From: Mobula hypostoma
Taxonomy: Eukaryota
DNA: 64,000 bases
Assembly: GCF_963921235.1 (NCBI RefSeq)
Contig: NC_086108.1
Coordinates: 9,300,001-9,364,000, forward strand
Direction: 5' to 3'
Made by a program: the position numbers and the translations under genes. Position 1 is the stretch's first letter. Every line of letters begins with the position of its first letter. This document shows positions 40,201 through 51,365 of the stretch, one piece after another. The notes under the pieces are model-generated. The model did not search any database. It saw only the letters and a list, made by a program, of their open reading frames with translations, and was not told the origin of the DNA.

Positions 40201-42077
40201 ATAAATTATCTTCTAGATTGGATGAATATGGGAAGGTATCAGGTTACAAAATAAACTGGGATAAAAGTGAAATTTTACCTCTTACTAAAGGAGACTATAG
40301 TCAATGTCGATTAGTAACCCAATTTAGATGGCCGGTAAATGGTATAAAGTATTTAGGTATAAGACTTGATAATGATGTAAAGAATTTATATAAATTTAAT
40401 TATTTACCACTATTGAAAAAAATTCAAGAAGATCTTGACAAATGGATGATACTACCAATAACATTAGTAGGTAGAGTCAATGTTGTAAAAATGAATATAT
40501 TTCCTAGATTACAGTATTTGTTTCAAACATTACCAATACAATTGCCACAGAAATTTTTTCAAGAGTTAAATAAATGTGTGAGAAAATTTCTTTGGAAAGG
40601 TAAAATGTCAAGAATATCATTGGAAAAACTGACATGTAAATTTGGGTTAGGAGGGTTAAAACTTCCAAACTTTAAAAACTACTATAAAGCAAATCAACTT
40701 AGATTTATTGCATCTTTTTTCGATGATCAAAAACCAGCATGGGTTAAAATAGAACTAGACAAGATAGGAGAAAATAAACCTGAAGATTTTATATATAAAT
40801 GGGAATCTAAATGGATACGGGAAAAGAAAGAATCTCCTATATTAACACATTTGATTGATCTATGGAATAAGATAAATGTTGATAGGGAAACACAGAAATC
40901 TCTATTAGCAAGGAGACCTTTGTTCCAAAACAGACTTATTCCTTTTACAATGGACAATCAACTTTTATATAATTGGTACCAAAAAGGGATTAAATTTATA
41001 GGAGATTGTTTTGAGCGAGGTATATTGATGTCATTTGAACAATTAAAGGATAAATATAAAATATCTAATAATACTTTCTTTTGTTACTTTCAATTAAGGG
41101 CTTACTTAATAGGTAAGCTGGGTCAAACAATGTTTTTGCCAAAGCCTAATGAAATTGAAATTTTAATTCAAAAAGGGAAAATTAAAAAATTTATTTCTTG
41201 TATGTATAATTTGATTCAAGAACAGACAATTAAACAAGGAACCCATAAGTCAAAGCAAAAATGGGAAACAGATCTGAATATTAATATTGATGAAACAAAT
41301 TGGTCAAGACTTTGTCTTGACAGTATGACAAATACAATAAATGTTCAACTTAGATTAGTACAATATAATTTTTTACACCAATTATATATTACACCACAAA
41401 AAATAAATAGATTAAACTCAAATCTATCTGATAAATGTTTTCAGTGTAATCAAGAAATTGGTACTTTTTTACATTCTACTTGGTCTTGTTTTAAAATTCA
41501 ACCCTTTTGGATAAATTTAAGAGTCTTATTGGAACAAATTATTGGAATTCAACTTCCTCATAACCCTGTATTATTTCTATTAGGTGATATTGAAGGGATA
41601 AAACCAAAACTTAAATTGAATAAATATCAGAAAGAATTTATAAAAATTGCATTGGCAGTAGCTAAGAAGACTATAGCAGTTACTTGGAAATCTGATTCGT
41701 ATTTAAGTATGGATCGTTGGAATAATGAAATGGCTAGTTCTATTCCACTCGAAAAAATTACTTATAATTTAAGAGATAAATATGTAACATTTTTGAATAT
41801 TTGGCGCCCTTATTTACAAAAGATAGGATGGCATATATAAGTGCTCTGATAAAGATTTTGGTTACTTGGGGAAAGTAACGAATAATTATACCAAATTTAT
41901 TTTGAATCCCATGGAGCATGTGGAAACCTTCCAATACCCAGGCGGCTCTTTTTTTTTCTCTTTCTTTCTTTTTAGGTAGGACTATATATGGGGGGGGTTA
42001 AGGGGAGGGGGGGTGGGTAGATTTTATCTTTTCATGTATTCTTTTTGAAAATTTAATAAAAATTATATTTAAAAAAA
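37289..42077 (+). mobile_element. L1-clade LINE, 5'-truncated in ORF1, near-intact ORF2
   Basis: ORF1 C-terminus to 37614 (FYPDIS...LRYPATLKI). ORF2 38066-41840 with APE (SFNVNGLN, LQETHL, GDFN, SDH), RT (YRPISLLN, LDAEKAFD, QGCPLSP, FAND) and C-terminal CxxC..H..C. AATAAA at 42055 and an A tail. TSD AACGGTGCTCCT at 37277-37288 and 42076-42087. Confidence 0.95.
38066..41840 (+). pseudogene. L1 ORF2 (endonuclease/reverse transcriptase) with one frameshift near 39572 and a FADD-to-FAND change
   Basis: ORFs 38054-39679 and 39606-41840 overlap in different frames; GCC AAT GAT at 40155-40163. Confidence 0.88.
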
Positions 42078-42334
42078 CGGTGCTCCTGTAAAATGCAGTT
42101 AAGATGGTGGAGGGAGGAGAGCCTCACTTTCCTCAATCTCCTTGGGAAGTGGAGGCACTGCTGTGCCTTCTTGTTCAAGGAGGTGATACTAAGGGAGCAG
42201 GTGAGGTGGTTTGTGATGTGAACTCCTAGGAACTTGATGTACTTAACTCTCTCTACAGAGGAGCCATGTATGCGCAGAGAGGGATGGTTCATCTGCCCCC
42301 TCCTGAAGTCGACGCTGATTTCCCTGGTCACATG

Positions 42335-43070
42335 CCTTGTATGCCTTTGCCCACAGCTTTACAGTGACAGAAGCCGCACGTTCCCATTACGCTTGCCCAC
42401 AATTCTACTGTGACAGAAGCCGCACGTTCCCATTACGCTTGCCCACAGCTTTACAGTGACAGAAGCCGCACATTCCCATTACGCTTGCCCACAGTTCTAC
42501 AGTGACAGAAACAGCACGTTCCCATTACGCTTGGCCACAATTCCACTGTGACAGAAACAGCACATTCCCATTACGCTTGCCCACAATTCCACTGTGACAG
42601 AAACAGCACATTCCCATTACACTTGCCCACAATTCCACAGTGACAGAAGCCGCACGTTCCCATTACGCTTGCCCACAATTCCACTGTGACAGAAACAGCA
42701 CATTCCCATTACACTTGTCCACAATTCTACAGTGACAGAAGCTGCACGTTCCCATTACACTTGCCCACAATTCTACTGTGACAGAAGCCGCACGTTCCCA
42801 TTACGCTTGCCCACAATTCCACTGTGACAGAAACAGCACGTTCCCATTACACTTGCCCACAATTCTACTGTGACAGAAGCCGCACGTTCCCATTACACTT
42901 GTCCACAATTCTACAGTGACAGAAGCCGCACATTCTCATTACACTTGTCCACAATTCTACAGTGACAGAAGCCACACTTTTCCATTACACTTGCCCACAA
43001 TTCCACTCTGACAGAAGCTGCATGTTCTCATTACAGCTGTCCACAATTCTACAGTGACAGAAGCCACATG
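42335..43070. repeat. 46-bp minisatellite, about 16 units
   Basis: Unit gacagaagccgcacgttcccattacgcttgcccacaattctactgt; GACAG recurs every 46 bp from 42366 to 43056. Confidence 0.95.
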
Positions 43071-43185
43071 TTGTGTAAATTGCAAAAATATTAGACTACT
43101 GCAAATTAGGTGGCAACTACTGGGTCTGCGACTGAAAGTGCTTCTCTTGCCTGGAGAGCAGGACTTTGGTCCAATATTCTTTGAA

Positions 43186-43430
43186 GCAGCACTGTAGTGT
43201 AGCAGTCAGCATAACGCTGTCACAGCACTAGCGACGCAGGTTCAATTTCCACTGCTACCGTTATGTCCGTACACCCTCCCCATGACTTTGTGGGTTTCCT
43301 CCGGGTACTCCAGTTTCCTCCCACATCCCAGAGATGTACAGGTTGGTAGGTTTATTGGTGACATGGGTGTAATTGGGTGATGTGGTCTCGTTGGGTTGTT
43401 ACTGTGCTGTATCTCCAAATAAAAATATAA
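43186..43430 (+). mobile_element. tRNA-derived V-SINE (HE1-like)
   Basis: A-box-like tagtgtagcag, B-box-like ggttcaatttcc, V-domain gtgggtttcctccgggtactccagtttcctcccaca, and a LINE-like tail. A decayed relative lies at about 15555-15760. Confidence 0.7.
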
Positions 43431-43666
43431 ATGTAGATAAAATTACCTCATCAAATCTCCAGAAACTTGATACATGATGTTCTAAACACAAATTAACTGC
43501 ACTCAATAAAACTGACAAATCTGCACAAAATGATAACTTTTAGAAATTGGGCAAGATGATAATGCATATGTTTGATATCAGGAGCAGGAGTCGGTCCTCT
43601 TGTTGAATGTCATTGGGTATAGGAATATGTTTTCTACAGCTGTTCACACAATTCTGTCCTTTCTAG

Positions 43667-43730
43667 ATGGTGTCAATGGAATTTGTGCTCTCTCTCTGGT
43701 TAAAGATGACTCTATAATCATCATAGAACC
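43667..43730 (+). CDS. znf541: ZNF541-like small coding exon (DGVNGICALSLVKDDSIIIIEP)
   Basis: ctttctag|AT acceptor, CC|gtgagt donor, phase 1 to 2. Resembles ZNF541 DQVDGSFGICVVKDDTKISIEP. Not in the ORF track. Confidence 0.85.
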
Positions 43731-43871
43731 GTGAGTCAATCAGTTTCTCTCTGTTAGCGTTAATTATCCTAATTTGATTTTTACCATTGGAATATGGACT
43801 TCCATTGTGCAGAAATGCATTTGTTATCTGTAATGGGAGTGGAAAAAATGGCTGTGGTTTTCCATTTTAAA

Positions 43872-44070
43872 TACACCCAAAATGCTGGAGGAACTCAGCA
43901 AGTCAGGAGAGGAGTGAATGGTGGATGTTTCAACCCAAGACCCTTCATCAGGGTCGGAGGGTCTCAGCCTGAGGCATTGACTGTTTATTCCTCTCCGTAG
44001 ATGCTGCTTGACCTGTTGAGTTCCTCCAGCATTTTGTGCGTGCTGTTCTGGATTTCCAGTGTCTACAGAA
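43872..44070. mobile_element. Inverted pair of Penelope pLTR fragments
   Basis: caaaatgctggaggaactcagc (from 43878) is inverted relative to gttgagttcctccagcattttg (about 44015-44036). Decayed hammerhead motifs lie between them. Confidence 0.7.
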
Positions 44071-44483
44071 TTGACCAGAGTGACAGAATCTCTTTGTCAT
44101 TTTCTTGATTACTGTACGTTTATCACAAACAAGAGAAAATCTGCAGATGCTGGAAATCCAAGCAAAACACATGAAGTGCTGGAGGAGAGTGGAGGTTGAT
44201 AAGTTCTGGATTAGGAAGGACGTCAAAGTTCATAGAGAGAAGGCAGGAGAATCGGTTTGAGAGGTATAATAAATCAGCCATGATGAATTGTCTAATTCTG
44301 CTCCTGTGTCGTGGTCTAAGAGGGTTTTGGAAAGGCTCTTGAATGTGCAGAAATTGGAGGGATATGGACATAGTTTAGGCAGAAGGTATTAGTTTAGTTA
44401 GGTGTTTAATTACAGGTTTGGTTAGTTTGACACAAGATTGTGGGCTGAATGGCCTGTTCTTGTGCTCTACTGTCCTATGTTCT

Positions 44484-47400
44484 ATGAACTCAGCAGGCCA
44501 GGCAGCATCTTTGGAAAAGAGTAAAACAGTTGACGTTTTGGGTCGAGAACCTTCATCAGGACTGGAGAAAAAAAGATGAGATGGTGGTGGGAGGGAACGA
44601 AGAAGTACAAGGTTGTAGGTGATAGGTGAAACCAGGAGAGGGAGACAGGTGAAGTAAAGGACTGGGAAGTCAATTTGTGAAAGAGATAAATGGCTGGAAA
44701 AGGGAGAATCTGATAGGAGAGGACAGAGGTCCTTGGAAGAAAGGGAAGGGGGAGGAGCACCAAAGAGAGGTTTGAAGGGCAGGTAAGGAGATAAGGTGAG
44801 AGAGGGAAATGGGAATGGGGATGGTGGGGGGGGGGTCAGTTACCAGAAGTTCATGAATTTGTTGATATTCATGCAGAATATAAGGTGTTGCACCTCCAAC
44901 CTCAGTGTGGCCTCATTGTGACAGTTGAAGAGGCTATGGACTGACCACAAGACCGTAAGATATAGGAGCAGAATTAGGCCAATTAGCCCATTCCATCATG
45001 GCTGATCCTGGATCCCACTCAACCCCATACGCCTGCCTTCTCGCCGTATCCTTTGATGCCCTGACCGATCAGGAAACGATCAACTCCGCCTTAAATATAC
45101 CCATGGACTTGGCCTCCACTGCAGTCTATGGCAGTACATTCCACAGACTTAATACTCTCTGGCTAAAAAAATTCCTCCATTCCTCTGTTCTGAAGGGTCG
45201 CCCCTCAATTTTGAGGCTGTGCCTCCTAGTTCTGGATAACCCCATCATAGGAAACAGCTTCTCCAAGTTTACCCGTTCAACATTCAGTAGATTTGAATGA
45301 GATCCCCCACATTCTCCAAGATTCCAGTGAGTACAGGCCCAAAGCTGCCAAACACTCCTCATATGTTAACCCTTTCATTCCCAAAATCACCTCGTGAACC
45401 TCTCCTGAACTCTCTCCAATGACAACACATGCTTACTGAAATATGGGGCCCAAAACTATTGACAATACTCCAAATGCGGACTGACCAGTGTCTTATAAAG
45501 GCTCAGCAGTATCTCCTTGCTTTTATATTCTATTCCCCTTGAAATAAATGGCAACATTGCAATTGCCTTCTTTACCACAGACTCAACCTATAAATTAACC
45601 TTCTGGGAGCATTGCACAAGGACTACTATGTCCCTCTGCACCTCTGATGTTTGAACCTTCTCCCCATTTAGATAATAGTTGCACTATTGTTCCTTTTACC
45701 AAAATGCATTATCGTACATTTCCCAACACTGTATTCTGTTCGCCTCTTTTTTGCCCATAGTTCCAACTTGTCTTAAGTCCCACTGCAATCGCATTGCTTT
45801 CTCAGCACTACCTACCCCTCCAGCTGTCTTTGTATAATCCACAAACGTTGCCACAAAACCATCAGTTCGATTATCTAAATCATTGACAAATCATGTGAAA
45901 AGCAGTGGTCCCAATACCGACCCCTGAGGAACACTACTCGTCACTGGCAGCCAACCAGAAAAGGCCCCTTTTATTCCCCCTCGCTGCCTCCTGCCTGTCG
46001 GCCATTCCGCTATCCATGCCAGTATCTTTCCTGTAACACCATAGGATTATATCTTGTTAAGCAGCCTCATGTGCAGCACCTTATGAAATGCCTTCTGAAA
46101 ATCCATTTAAATTACATCCACTGCCTCTTCCTTTATCCACTCTGCTTGTTACTTCCTCAAAGAACTCTAACAGATCTGTCAGACAGGATTTCCCTTGACA
46201 GAAATAATGCTGACTTTTGACTTATTTTATCATTAATCTCCAAGTACCTTGAAACCTCATCCTTAATAATTGACTCCAACACTTTCCCAACCACTGAGGT
46301 TAGGCTAACTGGCGTATAATTTCCTTTCTTTTGCCTTCCTCCCTTAAAGAGTGGAGTGACATTTGCAATCTCCCAGTCCTCTGGGACCATGCCAGAATCT
46401 TCAGCAACCTCTCTCAAGACTCTGGGATGTAGTCCGGCCCAGGTGACCTATCCACCTTAACTTTGAGTGTGCCTTGCGCTTTTTCCTTTGTAATAGAAAT
46501 GGCACACACTACTGCTCCCTGATGCTCACGGACCTCTGGCACATTGCTAGTGTCTTCCATAGCAAAGTACCCATTAAGTTCATCTGCCATTTCCTTGTCC
46601 TCCATTACTGCCTCACCAGCATCATTTTTCAATGGTCCAATATCAACTCTCACCTCCCTTTTACTCCTTATATAAAACTGAAAAACCTTTTTGTATCCTG
46701 TTTTATATTATTGGCTAGTTTGACCTCATATTTCATCTCTTCCTTTCTTATAGGTTTTTCAGTTGCGTTTTGTTGGATTTTAAAAGCTTCCCAATCATCC
46801 AACTTCCCACTCACTTTTGCTACCTTATATGCCCTTTCCTTGGCTTTTAAGCAGTCCTTAACTTCCTTTGTCAGCCACAGTTGTTTACCCTTGCCATTTA
46901 AGAACTTCTTCCTCTGTGGGGGATATCTATCCTGTGCCTTGTGAACTATTCCCAGAAACTTCAGCCATCTCAGTTCTGTCTTCATCCCGGCTGGTATCCT
47001 CCTCTAGTTCACCTGGGCAAGCTCCTCTTTCATGCCTCTGTAAATCCCTTTATTCCATTGCGATACTGACACCTGTGGGTTATGCTTGTCCCTCTCAAAT
47101 TGCGGTATGAATTCAATCATACTATGATCACTGCCTCCTAAGGGTTCCTTTACATTAGGCTCCCTAATAAAATCTGGGTTATTACACAATACCTAATCTG
47201 AGAAAGTCTTTCCCCAAGTAGGCTTAAACTGCTCTAAAAAGCCATCTCATAGCCATTCAACAAAATCTCTCTCTAGCAATCTGACACCAACCTGATTTTT
47301 CCCTATCCCCTTACACATTGAAGGTCCCCATTACAAATGTGTTGTTACCCTTATTACATGCCTTTTCCAGTTCCCTTTGCAATCTCAACCCCACATCTTG

Positions 47401-47880
47401 GCTACTATTTGGAGGCCAATGTATGATTCCCATAATGGATTTTTACCTTTCCAGTTTCTTCACCCACAAAAATTCAACATTCTCTGGCCCTATGTCTAAA
47501 GGTCTTTCTAAAGATGTAATTCCATCTCTTACCACAGAGCCACTCCACCACCTATGCCTTCCTACCTGTCCTTCAACCATGACTCAGTTTTGCCCACAAC
47601 GTCAGACTGACCCAATCACTGACATATCGGAATGGGAAGTAGAATTAAAATGGATGGCCACCAAGAGATCCCATTTTTTCTGGCAGACGGACCATAGGTG
47701 CTCAGCAAAGTGGTCTCCCAATCAATGTCAGGTCTCACCAATATAAAGTAGGCCACACCAGGAGCACCTGATACAGTAGATGACCCCCAACAGACTCACA
47801 GGTGAAGTGTCGCCTCACCTGGAAGGACTGTTTCAGGCGTTGTGTGTTAGTGAGGGAGGAGGTGTAGAGGCAGGTGTTGT
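44484..47880 (-). mobile_element. Penelope-like 3' fragment (44484-44945 and 47624-47880) split by a CR1 insertion (about 44946-47617)
   Basis: PLE GIY-YIG remnants (QSFQVRRHFTCESVG) and pLTR, plus CR1 RT/APE remnants. ACTGAC repeats at 44940-44945 and 47618-47623. Confidence 0.75.
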
Positions 47881-48595
47881 ATAGGACACCTTCAAAGTGC
47901 CTATTGTGCAACCTTGAACCTCGACTCCAGCCTGGATGTTGACTAACAGTGCTTCCAGGCCGAGACTTCAAGCGCTGCCGCTCGAACCCCTGTCTCCCCT
48001 TCCCCCACCACCACTCCTCAATCCCATGTCTCTCAGGTCCCACAGCTCTTGGGTCCTCAGAGACTCAATCTTCCTCTCATCCCACCTTCCCTGAACACCC
48101 CAACTCTCCCCTCTCCTCAGGCTGGAGACATAAAACATGGCACATAATGACGTTGATGTCAGAAGGTATGCAAATTAATGGTCTTATTTATCATCTCTAT
48201 CTACCATGTTGACAAAGTTGGACAGGAGAACCAGCAAGATGGTGAGGTCCCCAACAATGGTGCTGTTCATCTTTGACCGGATGATCTTCGACTGGAGCTG
48301 CAGTGGGACTGGGAAGGTCTGAGGCGAGAGAAAGATGGGGCACTCAACTGAGACAGAAGCAAAAGATAACTATGCACATTGATTAACAATGTTAAATATT
48401 TGTTTTCCTTCACCAGCAAAATCAGTACCCAGCTAACATAATCACAAGATCAGTTAACAAGAGAAACTCCAAATTTTTTTCTTATCTTGCCATGCCTGAT
48501 TAGTTGAATGCTGTGCATGAGGGATTTGAGAGATTGTACACTGAATACCTTATGTTGAGCTATGACCCGTGAGCATTATCTGTGATTTAATTTAG

Positions 48596-48738
48596 GCACA
48601 TTAACATTGGGAGCCGATTCCAGGCTGAGATTCCACCACTGCAAGACAAGTCATTGGTTGAAGAGAGTGTCCACCAAGCAGACTTGGTCTGGAAACCTTG
48701 GAATGACATCGAAACCAATAAAGTCACGCAAACAAGAG
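48596..48738 (+). CDS. znf541: ZNF541-like exon, ELM2 domain N-terminal part (HINIGSRFQAEIPPLQ...LVWKPW)
   Basis: tttag|G acceptor, AG|gtaagt donor, phase 2 to 1. Canonical ELM2 start INIGSRFQAEIP. Confidence 0.92.
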
Positions 48739-48917
48739 GTAAGTTTGTTTATGGGGATCATCTTGTACCATTATTGCATCAATGTGCCAGTACAAGTGAT
48801 GGATGCAGATTCAATTTCAACATTTGATAGAAATTTGTATAGGTTCAATAATGGGAGGGGTATGGAGGAGGATGGTCCAAGTGCAGGTTGACTAGGCAGA
48901 GTAATAGTTTAGTAGGA

Positions 48918-50106
48918 TGAGGCTTTTCATTCCAGGACGAGGGAGATGTCCTCCTTTTTTAAAGAAAGGGGCTTCCCTTCCTCCACCGTCAACTCTGCTC
49001 TCAAATGCATCTCCCCCATTTCATGCACATCTGCTCTCACTCCATCCTCCCGCCACCCCACTAGGAATAGGGTTCCCCTGGTCCTCACCTACCACCCCAC
49101 CAGCCTCCGGGTCCAACATATTATTCTCCGTAACTTCCGCCACCTCCAACGGGATCCAACCACTAAGCACATCTTTCCCTCCCACCCCCCCCGCTTTCCG
49201 CAGGGATCGCTCCCTACGCGACTCCCTTGTCCATTCATCCCCTCCATCCCTCCCCACTGATCTCCCCCCGGCACTTATCCTTGTAAGCGGAACAAGTGCT
49301 ACACATGCCCTTACACTTCCTCCCTTACCACCATTCAGCACCCCAGACAGACCTTCCAGGTGAGGCGACACTTCACCTGTGAGCCAGCTGGGGTGATATA
49401 CTGTGTCCGGTGCTCCTGATGTGGCCTATATATTGGCGAGACCCGACGCAGGCTGGGAGACCGCTTTGCTGAACACCTACACTCTGTCCGCCAGAGAAAG
49501 CAGGATCTCCCAGTGGCCACACATTTTAATTCCACATCCTGTTCCCATTCTGACATGTCTATCCTCGGCCTCCTCTACTTTAAAGATGAAGCCACATTCA
49601 GGTTGGAGGAACAACACCTTATATTCCGTCTGGGTAGCCTCCAACCTGATGGCATGAACATTGACTTCTCTAACTTCTGCTAATGCCCCACCTCCCCCTT
49701 GTACCCCATCCGTTATTTATTTTTATACACACATTCTTTCTCTCACTCTCCTTTTTCTCCCTCTGTCCCTCTGACTATACCCCTTGCCCATCCTCTGGGT
49801 TCCCCCCCCCTTGTCTTTCTCCCCGGGCCTCCTGTCCCATGATCCTCTCATATCCCCTTTGCCAATCACCTGTCCAACTCTTGGCTCTATCCTTCCCCCT
49901 CCTGTCTTCTCCTATCATTTTGGATCTCCCCCTTCCCCTCCCACTTTCAAATCTCTTACTAACTCTTCCTTCAGTTAGTCCTGACGAAGGGTCTCGGCCC
50001 GAAACGTCGACTGTACCTCTTCCTAGAGATGCTGCCTGGCCTGTTGTGTTCACCAGCAACTTTGATGTGTGTTGCTTGAATTTCCAGCATCTGCAGAATT
50101 CCTGTT
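48918..50106 (+). mobile_element. Penelope-like retroelement, 5'-truncated (GIY-YIG region and pLTR), same family as 25743-27310
   Basis: Nearly identical to the reverse complement of 25743-26915. TSD-like GTTTAGTAGGA at 48907-48917 and 50107-50117, inside a CR1 tail. Confidence 0.92.
49977..50012 (+). ncRNA. Minimal hammerhead ribozyme motif in PLE pLTR (sense to the host pre-mRNA)
   Basis: AGUC-CUGACGA-A-GGGU-CUCG-GCCC-GAAAC-GUC-GACU; predicted cleavage after C50008. Confidence 0.75.
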
Positions 50107-50653
50107 GTTTAGTAGGAATTAGATGGGCTGAAGGGCCTATTTCTGTGCTGTAGGGCTCTATGAATAATTTTCTTAAATATTTGCTGAAAACAGAAAAATT
50201 GGAAGGAAAAAAATCATTTAGAACATAATTGTATGGAAGCTTCAACTAGCCAGACTGAACAACTAGTTTTGTTCTTTCCAACATCACTCATTGTAATTGA
50301 ATTACTCAGGGCAAAACCTATAGGTGTGTCAGAGCTGGTCACATTTCTGCCATCAATACAATACCACACACAATACCACAGAATTCCAAACAGGGTGTGC
50401 CATTTTAAGAGGTTAAGAATAGTTAGTGTGTCATGATAAAATAACATTGATAAAGATTCACTCATGCCTCAGAACACTTTGGTAAAACGTTCTCCTATAG
50501 GGTTGTAGAACAGCCTCGTGTGCTAGAGAAGATGAGGCACAGATAGTGGATCACCAGCACATTTTCATGGGTGGGGAGGGTGCAGGGTAGCCAATGACTA
50601 ATCCCAGAGGACATCTTTTTCAAAGTTTAAAGTTCAAAGTAAATTTATTCTCA

Positions 50654-51181
50654 CAGTACTGTACAAAGGTTTTGGGAACATATATACATACAGCTAGGGT
50701 GCCTATGACTTTTTCAAAGTACTGTATTTGCCAAAGTGGAGCGCAGAGCCAATTTGTAAATCTAGTAGGAGCAATGGATGTTGGGAATGGTGAGGGTGGA
50801 GCATCGTGGGATGGGTGTAGGACAGGTGGCAGAGAAGGAGTGCCAGGGGCAGGGTGTGGCGCGGGTACAGACACACCCAGCCCTGAGACACCAGGCAAGG
50901 TCATTTGATTCCAAACAATTAGTTTATTGATCATTACAGAAGGGGTCTTAGGTGCTTCTCGCTTTTCCCAACCATGATTCCCCTCTCCCTGCCTCCTTCC
51001 CACTCTCAGTCCGCAATAGAGACCCATATCAGAATCATATGTTATCATCATCACATATGTTGTGAAATTTGGTTTTTTTTGCAGCAGCTGTACAGTGCAA
51101 TACATAAAATCTCTACAGTACTGTGCTAAAGTCTGAGGCACCCTAGCTAATATATGTGCCTAAGACTTTTATACAGTACTC
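50654..51181. mobile_element. Composite Tc1/mariner-like MITE with about 70-bp palindromic terminal modules
   Basis: 50654-50724 and 51116-51181 are inverted copies of each other. Each begins and ends with a CAGTACTGTGCAAAAG-like TIR, with TA next to most ends. Confidence 0.7.
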
Positions 51182-51365
51182 TATACCATGAGCAACCTTG
51201 AGATTCATCTTGCAGGCAACCACAAAACAAAGAAATACAATAGAATCCATGAAAACCTCCGCACAACTATGACCGACTGATGTCATGGGTAGTTTATTTA
51301 CAAGAAGGGTGGTAGGTGTGTGGAACACACTGCCAGGGATGGTGGTAGAGGCAGATACATTAGAG

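Larger units (their letters stand above)
36471..42328 (-). mobile_element. Rex1/Babar-type LINE (36471-37288 and 42088-42328) split by L1, with a second Rex1 tail at about 36588-36850
   Basis: VERVKYIKFLGVHIT...KKAQQCLHFPRRLRK (42053-42331) continues as STVESVLTSCISIWSG (37115-37290). 36600-36850 matches the reverse complement of about 4620-4845. Confidence 0.75.

Noticed and set aside
42335..43070. Regular 46-bp repeats as a CRISPR-like array
   Set aside because: Units are head-to-tail with no unique spacers, the context is a eukaryotic intron, and there are no cas genes.
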